Origin: an uncultured Chloroflexia bacterium
GTDB taxonomy: Bacteria > Chloroflexota > Limnocylindria > Limnocylindrales > CSP1-4
Length of the DNA: 64,000 nt
Assembly: GCA_963743855.1 (NCBI GenBank)
Contig: CAVURK010000006.1
Location: 106,382-170,381, forward strand
Reading direction: 5' to 3'
The notes below the pieces were generated by a model. It ran no database searches and was not told the DNA's origin. It worked only from the letters and a program-made list of their open reading frames with translations. Within the stretch, counting starts at the first letter, position 1. The number at the start of each line of letters is the position of its first letter. Position numbers and translations under genes: made by a program. This document shows, in pieces, positions 10,305 through 20,756 of this stretch.

Positions 10305-12020
10305 GCCCCGCCGACGAGCGTCCGGCACGGCATGCCAGGCCGGCCGATCGGCCGACCGGCGAAGCACCCGACCCCGGACGGGACCGCTGGCGCGAGACCC
10401 TCCGGGCCAAGGCCGTCGCGGGCGCCCCCGAGCGGCGCGAACCCTTCGAGACCTCGTCGGGGATCGTCATCCGCGATCTCTACACGCCGGCGGACACGGC
10501 GGGCCTCGACGAGGCTCGCGACCTCGGCCGGCCGGGGGAGTACCCGTTCACCCGCGGGCGTCCAGCCGACGATGTACCGGAGCCGATTCTGGACGATGCG
10601 CCAGTACGCCGGCTTCGCGACCGCCGAGGAGACCAACCGGCGCTTCCGCTACCTGCTCGAGCAGGGCCAGACCGGGTTGTCGGTCGCCTTCGACCTGCCG
10701 ACCCAGATGGGCTACGACTCCGATGCCCCGGACGCGGAGGGCGAGGTCGGGCGGGTCGGCGTCCCGATCTCCAGCCTGGCCGACATGGCCGTCCTCCTCG
10801 ATGGACTGCCGCTCGGCGAGGTCAGCACCTCGATGACGATCAACGCCACGGCCCCGATCCTGCTTGCGCTGTACGTCGCCGCGGCCGAGGCCCAGGGGGT
10901 CCCGCGCTCGGCGATCGGCGGCACGACCCAGAACGACATCCTCAAGGAGTACATCGCCCGCGGCACCTACATCTTCCCGCCGCGACCCTCGATGCGCCTC
11001 GTGACCGATGTCTTCGAGTTCTGCGCCGCCGAGCTTCCCAAGTGGAACACGATCTCGATCTCGGGTTACCACATGCGCGAGGCCGGTGCGACGGCCGCCC
11101 AGGAGCTCGCCTTCACGCTCGCCGACGCCATCGCGTATGTCGACGCGGCCGTCGCCCGCGGGCTCGACGTCGACGACTTCGCCGGGCGCCTGTCGTTCTT
11201 CTTCGCCGCCTGGTCCGAGCTGTTCGAGGAGGTCGCCAAGTTCCGGGTGGCGCGGCGGATGTGGGCGACGATCATGCGCGACCGGTTCGGGGCGACCAAC
11301 CCGCGCTCGTGGGTCTGCCGCTTCCACGTCCAGACCGCCGGATCGAGCCTGACCGCCCAGTCGGTCGACAACAACGTGGTCCGGACGACGATCCAGGCGC
11401 TCGCGGCGGTCCTCGGCGGCGCCCAGAGCCTGCACACGAACTCGCGCGACGAGGCGCTCGCCCTGCCGACCGAGGAGGCGGCCCGGCTCGCCCTGCGAAC
11501 ACAGCAGATCATCGCCTACGAGGCCGGCGTCACCGAGACGCCCGACCCGCTGGCGGGCTCCTACTACGTCGAGAGCCTGACCAACGAGCTCGAGGCAGCG
11601 GCGTGGGCATATCTCGACGAGATCGAGGCGATGGGCGGGACCCTGGCGGCGATCGAGGGCGGCTTCCAGCAGCGCCAGATCCAGGAGGCCGCCTACCGCG
11701 TCCAGCGGTCGATCGAGTCGGGCGACCAGGTCGTCGTCGGGGTCAACCGCTTCCGCGACGACGAGGTGACGACCCCGCCGCTCCACCGGATCGATCCCGA
11801 TGGCGAGCGCCGCCAGATCGAGCGCGTCCGGCGGGTCCGTGCCGAGCGCTCGGCCGAGGCGTGGACGACCGCCATGGATCGCCTCGAGGCGATCGCCCGA
11901 GGGGACGGAAACCTGATGCCGGCGATCCTCGACGCCGTCCGGGCCTACGCCACGGTCGGCGAGATCAGCGACAGGCTCCGCGTGGCGTGGGGCGAGCACC
12001 GCGAGCTGATCACGGTCTGA
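10301..12020 (+). CDS. Methylmalonyl-CoA mutase, catalytic (N-terminal) domain only, no B12-binding domain (split-type large subunit); one frameshift near 10560 in a GGG run
   Basis: ...[27 protein letters not shown] (frame 2) continues in frame 0 as [55 protein letters not shown]...; the protein ends ...[13 protein letters not shown] without a cobalamin-binding domain. Confidence 0.85.
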
Positions 12021-12534
12021 CCCCGAGCCGGATCCGCCAGCGACCGTGCCAGCGTCCGGTGCCGTCCTCGACCAGCAGCTCCATCGCGCTGACCCGCCTG
12101 GCGAACGGCAGGCCGCGGCGGGCCTCCGCGGCGATCGGATCGAGATCGAGCGTCGTCGACTCGACGAGCGTCAGATGCGGAATGACCTCGTCGAACGCGC
12201 CCTCGTACGGCGGATGGTCCGGGAAGCGCTCCACGATGGCCGCGGTCAAGCCCGCAAACGGCGCCGAGGGCTCTGGGACCAGGTAAACGGCACCGGGAAA
12301 GCGGTCGACCCGGGCGAAGCGGACCTCGAACGGCTCGACCCTCGTTGCGATCTCGGCCAGCTCGCCCCGGACCGCCGGACCGAGCCGATCGACCGGGACG
12401 AACGGGAACAGGAGCGTGACGTGGGGTGGCACCCCGACCGATGCCATGCGATCGTCGCGTGCCCGAAGGCGGGCGAGCGCTGCCGGGAGTCGCACCCGGA
12501 CGACCACGCCGCTGGTCGGATCTGCCGTCGCCAT
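12010..12534 (-). CDS. 2H-phosphoesterase / LigT-like 2'-5' RNA ligase family protein
   Basis: Two H-x-T/S-x motifs (HVTLLF..., HLTLV...); trimmed to ATG 12534; the 3' end overlaps the mutase stop convergently. Confidence 0.6.
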   Translation of the reverse strand: MATADPTSGVVVRVRLPAALARLRARDDRMASVGVPPHVTLLFPFVPVDRLGPAVRGELAEIATRVEPFEVRFARVDRFPGAVYLVPEPSAPFAGLTAAIVERFPDHPPYEGAFDEVIPHLTLVESTTLDLDPIAAEARRGLPFARRVSAMELLVEDGTGRWHGRWRIRLGVRP

Positions 12535-12624
12535 GGGCGACAGGGTACGCTGCGCCGATGCCGCCCATGCCACCCAGCGAGGGGCTTCCCGACCCGATCC
12601 GCTCGCATCGGGCGCGTCCACCAC

Positions 12625-13032
12625 GTGGCCCTGATCGTGAGCTCGATCGACGAATCACTCGGGCTGTGGCGCGATGCGCTCCACCTCGACCTCGAGACCG
12701 TGATGGACATCCCCGACGACCGGGTCCGGATCGCCTTCCTCGGGGTCGGGGAGTCCAAGATCGAGCTCGTCGAGCCGACCGACGACACCACGGGCGTCGC
12801 CCGCTTCCTCGCGAACAAGGGCGAGGGCTTCCACCACGTCTGCTTCGAGGTCGCGAACCTCGCCGAGGCGCTGCTTCGCCTCGAGATCGACGGTATCGAG
12901 CTCATCGATTCGGCGCCACGCCGCGGCGCCGAGGGACCGGTCGCCTTCCTCCATCCGCGATCGTGCCACGGGGTCCTGGTCGAGCTCATCGAGGCGCCGG
13001 GCGGCCCGGCCTGGACGTCGCTCGGCTTCTAG
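12625..13032 (+). CDS. mce: Methylmalonyl-CoA epimerase (VOC/glyoxalase family); N-terminal start codon uncertain
   Basis: VHHVALIV...GFHHVCFEV...HGVLVELIE is the canonical epimerase signature. There is no ATG/GTG/TTG upstream of the first metal-ligand His in frame, so I placed the start at GTG 12625 (just inside that motif), which suggests a local indel. Confidence 0.65.
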   Translation: MALIVSSIDESLGLWRDALHLDLETVMDIPDDRVRIAFLGVGESKIELVEPTDDTTGVARFLANKGEGFHHVCFEVANLAEALLRLEIDGIELIDSAPRRGAEGPVAFLHPRSCHGVLVELIEAPGGPAWTSLGF

Positions 13033-13048
13033 CGACCGATCGCGACGG

Positions 13049-13894
13049 TCAGACCGGCTTCGTCGCCAGCAGCGAGAACATCAGTGGCAGCTCGCCGCCG
13101 GCGTCGGGCGGCAGCCGCCACATCCCCTCGACCTCGTCGTCCTCCACGAGGAACTCGAGCTGCCAGTCGAGGAACGGGTGCTCGACAAGTGTCTCGACCC
13201 GTAACCCGGCGTCGATCAGCGCCGACACGATCTCGCCGAGCCCATGGTCCCAGCCATGCTCGGCCTGCTCGCCGACGTCCGCATCGCGGTCGGCATAGGA
13301 GCCCTTGACCTCGAAGATGAGCGGTTCCTGATGCTCCCAGTACGGGTAGCGCAGCCGGAGCTCGCCCGGCCCGACACCCTCGTCGGCGAACGCCTGGACG
13401 ACCGGGTGGATCTCGGTGATGAAGAACCTCCCGCCAGGGGCGAGGAAGTGCGCAACGACCCGCGCCCATCCGCGGATGTCGGGGAGCCAGCCGAGCACGC
13501 CGCGCGAGGTGTAGACGATGTCGAAGTCGCCGTCGAGCGCGGCCGGCAGGTCGTACAGGTTCGACTGCACGAAGCGCGCGTCCGGGAAGCCGAGCTCGTC
13601 GGCCAGCGAGCGGGCCAGCTCGACCGCGGCGGGTGACAGGTCGGCGCCGGTGACTCGGGCGCCGAGCCGAGCCCACGACAGCGTGTCGATCCCGAAATGG
13701 CATTGCAGGTGGAGGAGCGAACGGCCCGCGACGTCACCGATCATCTCGATCTCGTACGGCCGGAGCCGGATGCCGCCGGCCTTGAAGCCGTCGAGGTCGT
13801 AGAAATCGCCTGCGGCATGGACCGCCGTCCAGGCGTCCCACAGGGACCGATTGGCCGCGAACGACGCCTCGTGATCGGGCGTCGCGTCGGTCAC
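13049..13894 (-). CDS. Class I SAM-dependent methyltransferase
   Basis: ...LLHLQCHFGIDTLSWARLGARVTGADLSP..., the SAM-binding motif I region; 281 aa, intact. Confidence 0.7.
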   Translation of the reverse strand: MTDATPDHEASFAANRSLWDAWTAVHAAGDFYDLDGFKAGGIRLRPYEIEMIGDVAGRSLLHLQCHFGIDTLSWARLGARVTGADLSPAAVELARSLADELGFPDARFVQSNLYDLPAALDGDFDIVYTSRGVLGWLPDIRGWARVVAHFLAPGGRFFITEIHPVVQAFADEGVGPGELRLRYPYWEHQEPLIFEVKGSYADRDADVGEQAEHGWDHGLGEIVSALIDAGLRVETLVEHPFLDWQLEFLVEDDEVEGMWRLPPDAGGELPLMFSLLATKPV

Positions 13895-14364
13895 CGCAGC
13901 GACCAGGCGAAGAGCACGTCCGGGGCGCGGTCGGCCGCCTGGCAGAACGTCACGAGGCGGCCGGTCAGGTCGCGGATCCAGGGCTTCTCCTCGCGCGGCA
14001 GCCCGCCCAGCTCGTCCTCGACGAGCTCGATCCAGCGCCCGGCGATCGCGCCGAGCTCGTGGTCGGGGATCATCGCCACGGTCGTGATCCAGGTCGGGTC
14101 GACGCGCTCGATCGTGCGCTCGTCGCCGTCACCCGGGCCCTCGAGCTCGAGCCGGGCGTCGATGAAGTCGACCGGTCCGTCGCCGCCGGTCACGTTGCGG
14201 ACCGCCTCGGCGAACAGGTCCAGCCAGGTCGGGTCGAGCCCGCTCCCGAGGGCGAGGTGGGCCGTGAACCGCCCGCGATCGTCGAGCCCGGCCAGATCGT
14301 CGAGACCGATCGCCATCAGGATCGCCGGCGCATCGCCCGCCACCAGGTCCATCAGGCGGCTCAT
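13891..14364 (-). CDS. Hypothetical protein (157 aa)
   Basis: Intact ORF between the DinB-like and methyltransferase genes with 4-nt overlaps; no domain recognised. Confidence 0.5.
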   Translation of the reverse strand: MSRLMDLVAGDAPAILMAIGLDDLAGLDDRGRFTAHLALGSGLDPTWLDLFAEAVRNVTGGDGPVDFIDARLELEGPGDGDERTIERVDPTWITTVAMIPDHELGAIAGRWIELVEDELGGLPREEKPWIRDLTGRLVTFCQAADRAPDVLFAWSLR

Positions 14365-14847
14365 CGCGTCTCGGCCGCCAGCGATTCGGCGTAGAAGATC
14401 ATGTCGAGCTCACCCGGCGAGCGGCCGGCTGCGGTCAGCAGCGCGGCCGCCTCGGAGCGGTGCTGGGTGCCGTGGTTGACGACGTGGGCGAGCGCCTGCC
14501 ACAGCGTGACGCCGCCCTCGGACTGATTCATCGACGCGTCATCGAGCCGTGGCGAGCCAGGCGTCGAGCGCGGACCCATTCGTCCTCCCAGGCCGCGCGC
14601 AGCTCCTCGACGGTCGGGCAGCGGCTCGTCCTCCGGCGTCGGGAAGCGGCTCTGATCCGCCGGACAGGCCGTGGCGCCAGCGCTGGTGCGCGCCGAGCGC
14701 GTGGACCAGGATGCCGCCGAGGCCGCGCTCGCCGATCGCGTTCGGTGCCGCCCACGTCGCCTCGTCGATCCCGGCCGCCGCATCGAAGACCAGGTTGGTC
14801 GCCCAGCGGTCGTAGTCGAACAGGTAGCGGATGTCGGAGTGCAGCAT
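14361..14847 (-). CDS. DinB/YfiT-like metal-dependent hydrolase family protein; one frameshift near 14560-14600
   Basis: N-part [35 protein letters not shown]...[12 protein letters not shown] (frame of ORF 14539..15741) and C-part ...[27 protein letters not shown]... (ORF 14361..14783). Confidence 0.6.
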
Positions 14848-14854
14848 CGCCGGG

Positions 14855-15741
14855 TCAGCCGCGGTAGCCCGCGTCGCGCAGGAGAGCCGGCAGCTCGGTC
14901 GGGGAGCCGGCGACGCGGAACCCGGCGGCCTCGAGCGCGGCGACCTTGGACGCTGCCGTCCCGGCTCCGCCCGAGATGATCGCCCCGGCGTGGCCCATCC
15001 GCTTGCCCTCGGGCGCGGTCCGGCCGGCGATGAAGGCGACCTTGGGGATGTCGCGCGAGGTGCTCCGCCGCCCATGCCGCGGCCGTCTCCTCGGCGGCGC
15101 CGCCGATCTCGCCGATGAGGACGATCGCGTCGGTCGCGTCGTCCGCGGCGAAGCAGCTGGAGGACGTCGAGGAATGTCGTCCCGATGATCGGGTCGCCGC
15201 CGATCCCGACGCACGTCGACTGGCCGACCCCGGCGTCGGTCATCGCCTGGACCGCCTCGTAGGTGAGCGTGCCGGAGCGGCTGACGACGCCGACCCGGCC
15301 CTCGCGATGGATCGAGCCCGGGATGATCCCGACCTTGGCCGAGCCGGGCGAGGTGGCGCCCGGGCAGTTCGGTCCGATCAGGCGCGCGCCGGCGCGCTTG
15401 ACCATCTCGACCGCCGGGATCATGTCGAGGGCGGGGATCCCCTCGGTGATGCAGAAGATCGTGGCGATCCCCGCCGCGGCGGCCTCCATCACGGCGTCCG
15501 GCGCGCCGGCGGCCGGGACGAAGATGCAGGACGTGTTCGCGCCGGTCTCGCGGACGGCCTCGGCGACGGTGTCGTAGACCGGGACGCTGCCGTCGAGCGC
15601 GGTCTGGCCGCCCTTGCCCGGCGTCACGCCGGCGACGATCCGGGTCCCGTAGGCCTGCATCGCCCGGCTGTGGAAGTCGCCCTCGCGCCCGGTGATGCCC
15701 TGGACGACGAGCCGCGTCTCGGGTCCGACGAGGATGCTCAT
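14855..15741 (-). CDS. sucD: Succinyl-CoA ligase alpha subunit; one frameshift near 15180
   Basis: [45 protein letters not shown]...IGPNCPG...[11 protein letters not shown] (ORF 14539..15741) continues as ...[25 protein letters not shown]...VAALEAAG (end of ORF 14855..16261). Confidence 0.85.
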
Positions 15742-16918
15742 GCGGCCGCTCCCCGGGATGCCGCCACGGCCTTCGCCGCCGCGTCGTCCAGCGAGGCCGC
15801 CGTCGCGAAGTTGGCCTGCCTCGAGCAGGACGGCAGCCTCGGCGGCGTTGGTGCCCGACGATCCGGACGATCATCGGCACGTCGCGCTCCTGGACCGCCC
15901 GCGCCTCGATCAGGCCCCGCGCGACCTCGTCGCCGCGGGTGATCCCGCCGAAGATGTTGACGAGGATGGCGTTGACCTTCGGGTCGGCCAGGATGATCCG
16001 CATCGCCGCCGCGACCTTGTCGGCCCGCGCGCCGCCGCCGATGTCGAGGAAGTTGGCCGGCTCGCCGCCGGCCCGCTTGACGAGGTCCATCGTGGTCATC
16101 GCCAGGCCCGCGCCGTTGACCATGCAGCCGATCGTGCCGTCGAGCTTGATGAACGTCAGCCCGGCCTCGCGCGCCTCGCGATCGGCCGGGTCCTCCTCGT
16201 CGGGGTCGCGCAGCTCCTCGAGACCGGGATGGCGGGGGAGCGCGGAGTCGTCGAGCGTCACCTTGGCGTCGAGGCAGACGAGCCGCTCGACGGCGGCGCC
16301 GTCGGCGCCCGGTCTCGCGGACGATCGCCAGCGGGTTGATCTCGACGAGGTCGGCGTCGTAGGCGAGCATCGTCCGGACGAGGCCCTTGGCGATCGCGAC
16401 GGCCGCCTTGAGGTGCCCGCCGAGACCCATCGCGAAGGCGAACTCGCGCGCCTGGAAGTCGAGCAGCCCGAGGAGCGGGTCGGCGTGGTGGCGGATGATC
16501 GCCTCGGGATGGTCGACGGCGACCTGCTCGATCTCGACGCCGCCCTCCGCCGAGCCCATCAGCAGGATCCGGCCGGCGGCCCGGTCGAGGACGGCCGACA
16601 TGTAGAACTCGCGGACGATGTCGGCCGCCGGCGGCGACCAGCACCTTGCGGACGGTGATGCCCTTGATGTCCATGCCGAGGATCGCCGCGGCGACGCGCT
16701 CGGCCTCGTCGGCGTCGAGGCGAGCTTGACGCCGCCGGCCTTGCCGCGGCCACCGACGAGGACCTGGGCCTTGATCACGACCGCCGTCGGCGCCGCCGGC
16801 CAGGATCCGCTCCGCGGCGGCGCGCGCCTCGGCCGCGGTGTGGGCGACCTCCCAGGCGGGGACCGGGCAGGCCCTGGGCGACGAGCAGGGATTTGGCGTC
16901 GGCTTCCTGGATCTTCAC
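15738..16918 (-). CDS. sucC: Succinyl-CoA ligase beta subunit; several frameshifts (three frames used)
   Basis: N-terminus [18 protein letters not shown] (GTG 16918, tail of ORF 16775..17392); middle [20 protein letters not shown]...[15 protein letters not shown]...[15 protein letters not shown] (ORF 15738..16778); stop overlaps the sucD ATG. Confidence 0.75.
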
Positions 16919-17074
16919 GGGCGGATCAGGCTCCAGCGTGCGTCGGTGCGGGGAGAGGCGATGGTACCGCGTCGAACGGCCGCCGGACGGATTCGGAACG
17001 AACGGATGCGCGACCGACTCCTCGGAGGCCGCTCGCCGGCGTCGAGTCGCCCGCCGCGCCGCTAGAATGGCCGC

Positions 17075-18101
17075 ATGACCCACCGAGTCACCCTGATCCC
17101 CGGCGACGGCATCGGTCCGGAGCTGGCGGAGGCGACCACCCGCGTCCTCGACGCCACCGGGATCGACTTCGAATGGGAGACCGTCGAGGCCGGCGAGGCC
17201 GACGATCGCCCAGTACGGGACACCGCTCCCGGAGCACGTCCTCGAGTCGGTCCGGCGCAACCGGGTCGCGCTCAAGGGCCCGATCACGACGCCGGTCGGC
17301 GGCGGCTTCCGGAGCGTCAACGTCACGCTCCGCCAGGCGCTCGACCTGTACGCCAACCTCCGGCCGGCGCGGTCGATGGTCGGCCTCGACACGCGCTACG
17401 AGGACGTCGACCTCGTCATCGTCCGCGAGAACACCGAGGACCTCTACGCCGGCATCGAGCACATGGTCGGACCCGATGCCGCCGAGAGCATCAAGATCAT
17501 CACCCGGGCCGCGTCCGAGCGGATCGCCCGCTTCGCCTTCGAGTACGCCGTCGCCAACGGCCGCCATCGAGGTCACGGCGGTCCACAAGGCCAACATCAT
17601 GAAGCTGTCCGACGGCCTCTTCCTCGAGAGCTGCCGGACGGTCGCCGCCGAGTACGACGGCCGGATCGAGTTCGAGGATCGCATCGTCGACAACATGTGC
17701 ATGCAGCTGGTCCAGAAGCCGTCGCTGTACGACGTCCTGGTCCTGCCGAACCTGTACGGCGACATCGTCAGCGACCTGTGCGCCGGGCTGGTCGGCGGTC
17801 TCGGCGTCGCGCCGGGCGCCAACATCGGGATCGAGGCCGCCGTCTTCGAGCCGGTCCACGGCTCGGCGCCCAAGTACGCCGGCCTCGACAAGGCGAACCC
17901 GACCGCGATGATCCTGTCCGGGGCGCTGATGCTCCGCCACCTCGGCTATCCGGACGCGGCGACCGATCTCGAGAACGCCGTCCGCGACGTCATCGCCGAA
18001 GGCCGTGTCGACCACCTACGACCTGGGCGGGACCGACCGGGACCGCGGGCTTCGCCGACGCGGTGATCGCCCGGCTGGCCGCCACGCCCGCGCCGCGATG
18101 A
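17075..18101 (+). CDS. NAD-type isocitrate dehydrogenase (isocitrate/isopropylmalate dehydrogenase family); at least 2 frameshifts
   Basis: [41 protein letters not shown]; middle ...[21 protein letters not shown]...; C-part ...[19 protein letters not shown]...[12 protein letters not shown]...DVIAEGRV...TYDLGG; a TAGAAT -10-like hexamer sits 8 nt upstream of the ATG. Confidence 0.75.
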
Positions 18102-18904
18102 CCGACCTTCCCGCCAGCCTGCGCATCCCGCGCAAGCCGCCCGGCACGGCGCCGACCGGGCTCGGGATCACCAAGCGGGTCGACCGCTGGTGGGTCGCCC
18201 CGGGCGTCCAGGGCGCGCTGTTCACGATCTGCGCCACGTACCTGTTCATCAGCGGCATCCTGCTGACGCCGCTGTTCGGGACGCCCTACGAGGCCGACGG
18301 CTACCTGTCGCCGTTGTTCTCCCCGTTGATCACCCCCGACTGGCTGCCGACCTGGTTCAGCCCGGGCATCTTCATCCTGTGGATCCCGCTCGGCTTCCGG
18401 GCGACCTGCTACTACTACCGCAAGGCCTACTACCGCTTCTACTTCGCGGACCCACCCGGCTGCGCGGTCGGCGAGCCGCCGATCCACAAGCGCTACCGGA
18501 TGGAGACGGCGCTCCCGTTCATCCTCCAGAACGCCCACCGATTCTTCCTGTATCTCGCGTTCGTCCCGCTCTTCTTCCTGTGGGTCGACGCGGCGTCCTC
18601 GTTGCAGGTCGACGGACAGTGGCGGATCGGGCTCGGCGTCTTCATCCTCGGGTTCAATGCCCTGCTGCTGACGGGTTATTCGCTGTCGTGTCATTCGCTC
18701 CGCCACCTGGTCGGCGGCCGGATCGACTGCTTCTCGTGCACGCGCCGGACGCAGGTCCGCCACGGGCTGTGGCAGCGGCTGACGAGCCTGAACCGCCACC
18801 ACATGGCGTGGGCCTGGGCGAGCCTCATCACGGTCACCCTGGCCGACGTCTACGTGCGCCTCCTCGCGGTGGGCGTCATCGTCGACCCGTCGATCCGCTT
18901 CTAG
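18098..18904 (+). CDS. sdhC: Succinate dehydrogenase membrane anchor subunit (Sdh1-type, Rv0249c-like, multi-TM)
   Basis: [17 protein letters not shown]... with five predicted TM helices; the ATG overlaps the IDH stop (ATGA) and the gene is immediately followed by the flavoprotein gene. Confidence 0.65.
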   Translation: MTDLPASLRIPRKPPGTAPTGLGITKRVDRWWVAPGVQGALFTICATYLFISGILLTPLFGTPYEADGYLSPLFSPLITPDWLPTWFSPGIFILWIPLGFRATCYYYRKAYYRFYFADPPGCAVGEPPIHKRYRMETALPFILQNAHRFFLYLAFVPLFFLWVDAASSLQVDGQWRIGLGVFILGFNALLLTGYSLSCHSLRHLVGGRIDCFSCTRRTQVRHGLWQRLTSLNRHHMAWAWASLITVTLADVYVRLLAVGVIVDPSIRF

Positions 18905-18911
18905 GCGATCG

Positions 18912-20742
18912 ATGCTCCAAGCCCCGCCGACGAAACCGCAGATCCGCCCGCACGACGTCCTCGTCATCGGCGCCGGCGGGGCCGGCCTGCGCGCCGCGAT
19001 CGAGGCGAAGACCGCCGGCGCGGACGTCGGGCTGGTCTGCAAGTCGCTGCTCGGCAAGGCCCACACGGTCATGGCCGAGGGCGGCGTGGCGGCTGCCATG
19101 GCGCACGTGGCGGCGGCCGACACGTGGCAGATCCACTTCCGCGACACGATGGTCGGCGGCAAGCTCCTCAACAATCCGCGGATGGCGCAGCTCCACGCCC
19201 TCGAGGCCCCGGACCGCGTCCGCGAGCTCGAGTACTGGGGCGCCGTCTTCGACCGGACCGCCGACGGCCGGATCCTGCAGCGCCCGTTCGGCGGTCACTC
19301 GCACCCGCGCCTCGCCCACGTCGGTGACCGGACCGGCCTCGAGATGATCCGGACCCTCCAGGATCGGGCGGTCGCGCTCGGGATCCAGGTCTACATGGAA
19401 TGCACGATCACCAGGCTCGTGACCGGGCAGGCCGGCGTGACCGGCGCCGTCGGCTATTGGCGGACGACCGGCCAGCCGATCACCTTCCCGGCCAAGTCGA
19501 TCGTCCTCGCGACGGGCGGCATCGGCAAGGCGTACGAGGTCACCTCGAACTCGTGGGAGTACAGCGGCGACGGCCAGGCCCTCGCCTACGAGGCCGGGGC
19601 CGACCTGATCGACATGGAGTTCGTCCAGTTCCACCCGACCGGGATGGTCTGGCCACCCGGCGTCCGCGGGCTGCTCGTGACCGAGGCGGTCCGCGGCGAG
19701 GGCGGGATCCTGCGCAACAAGGACGGCGAGCGGTTCATGTGGACCTACCTCCCCGAGGATCGGCGCGACGAGTACGCAGCGACCGACGACGAGGCGGCCC
19801 AGTGGGTGACGGCCCTGTCGGAGGGCCGCGAGACCGACGGCCCGCCGACCGCCCGAGCTGTCGACCCGGGACAACGTCGCGCGGGCCATCTACACCGAGG
19901 TCAAGGAGGGTCGTGGCTCGCCGCACGGCGGCGTCTTCCTCGACATCAGCTACCTGCCGGCCGAGACCGTCCGGCGCAAGCTGCCCTCGATGTACGAGCA
20001 GTTCAAGGAGCTGGCCGACGTCGACATCACGACCGGGCCGATGGAGGTCGGACCGACCACCCACTACGTGATGGGTGGCATCCGGGTCGACGCCGAGACC
20101 GGCCGAACCTCCGTCGCCGGTCTGTATGCCGCGGGCGAGGTGGCCGGCGGGATGCACGGCGCCAACCGGCTGGGTGGCAACTCGCTGTCGGACCTGCTCG
20201 TCTTCGGCGCACGGACCGGCAGCGCGGCAGCAGCCTTCGCGGCCGACGCCCCGGAGCCGTACATGGATCCGGTCCAGGTCCAGACGGCGGTCACCGCCCT
20301 CGGCGCGCCGCTCGACCGCGAGGAGGGCGACGACCCGTACGCGATCCAGCGCGACCTGCAGGAGCTGATGCAGCGTCTCGTCGGGATCTTCCGGGTCGAG
20401 GCCGACCTCGATGCGGCCCTGGTCGGACTCGCCGAGCTGCGCCGACGCTGGACGACGGTCCGCGCCGCCGGCGGGCGGACCTACAACCCGGGCTGGAACC
20501 TCGTCTTCGAGCTCGACCATCTGCTGACCGTCTCGGAGGCGATCACGCTCAGCGCAAAGCTGCGGACCGAGAGCCGCGGCGCGCACAGCCGGCTCGACTA
20601 CCCGGCAACCGACGACACGCGCTGGAACGCGGTCAACAGCGTGATCTCACGGGCCGTCGACGGAACGATGGGGGTCACCACGGCGCCCCTTCCACCGATG
20701 ACCGACGAGCTGCGCGGCCTGCTGCGCAGCGGCGACCACTGA
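18912..20742 (+). CDS. sdhA: Succinate dehydrogenase / fumarate reductase flavoprotein subunit; one frameshift near 19850 (C-rich run)
   Basis: VLVIGAGGAGLRAAIEA... (FAD GxGxxG), HTVMAEGG, ...FHPTGMVWPPGVRGLLVTEAVRGEGG... (frame 0), then ...PELSTRDNVARAIYTEVKEGRGSPHGGVFLDISYLP...MYEQFKEL...HYVMGGIRVD...GANRLGGNSL... (frame 1) ending at 20742. Confidence 0.85.
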
Positions 20743-20756
20743 CGACGGAGGCACCG

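Noticed and set aside
8567-10636. 689-aa ORF on the minus strand (and similar long ORFs at 10548..11999, 2010..2993, 2522..3874, 38698..41313, 46356..47975, 33274..34938)
   Set aside because: These lie antisense to, or out of frame within, well-supported genes (accA, mcm, plsC, ftsA/ftsZ, dcw). Their Arg/Pro/Gly/Ala-rich low-complexity translations are typical of non-coding frames in 72% GC DNA.
19400-20071. Frame-2 ORF inside sdhA that could be mistaken for the middle part of the flavoprotein
   Set aside because: Direct translation shows sdhA switches from frame 0 to frame 1 once, near 19850. The frame-2 ORF has no flavoprotein similarity.
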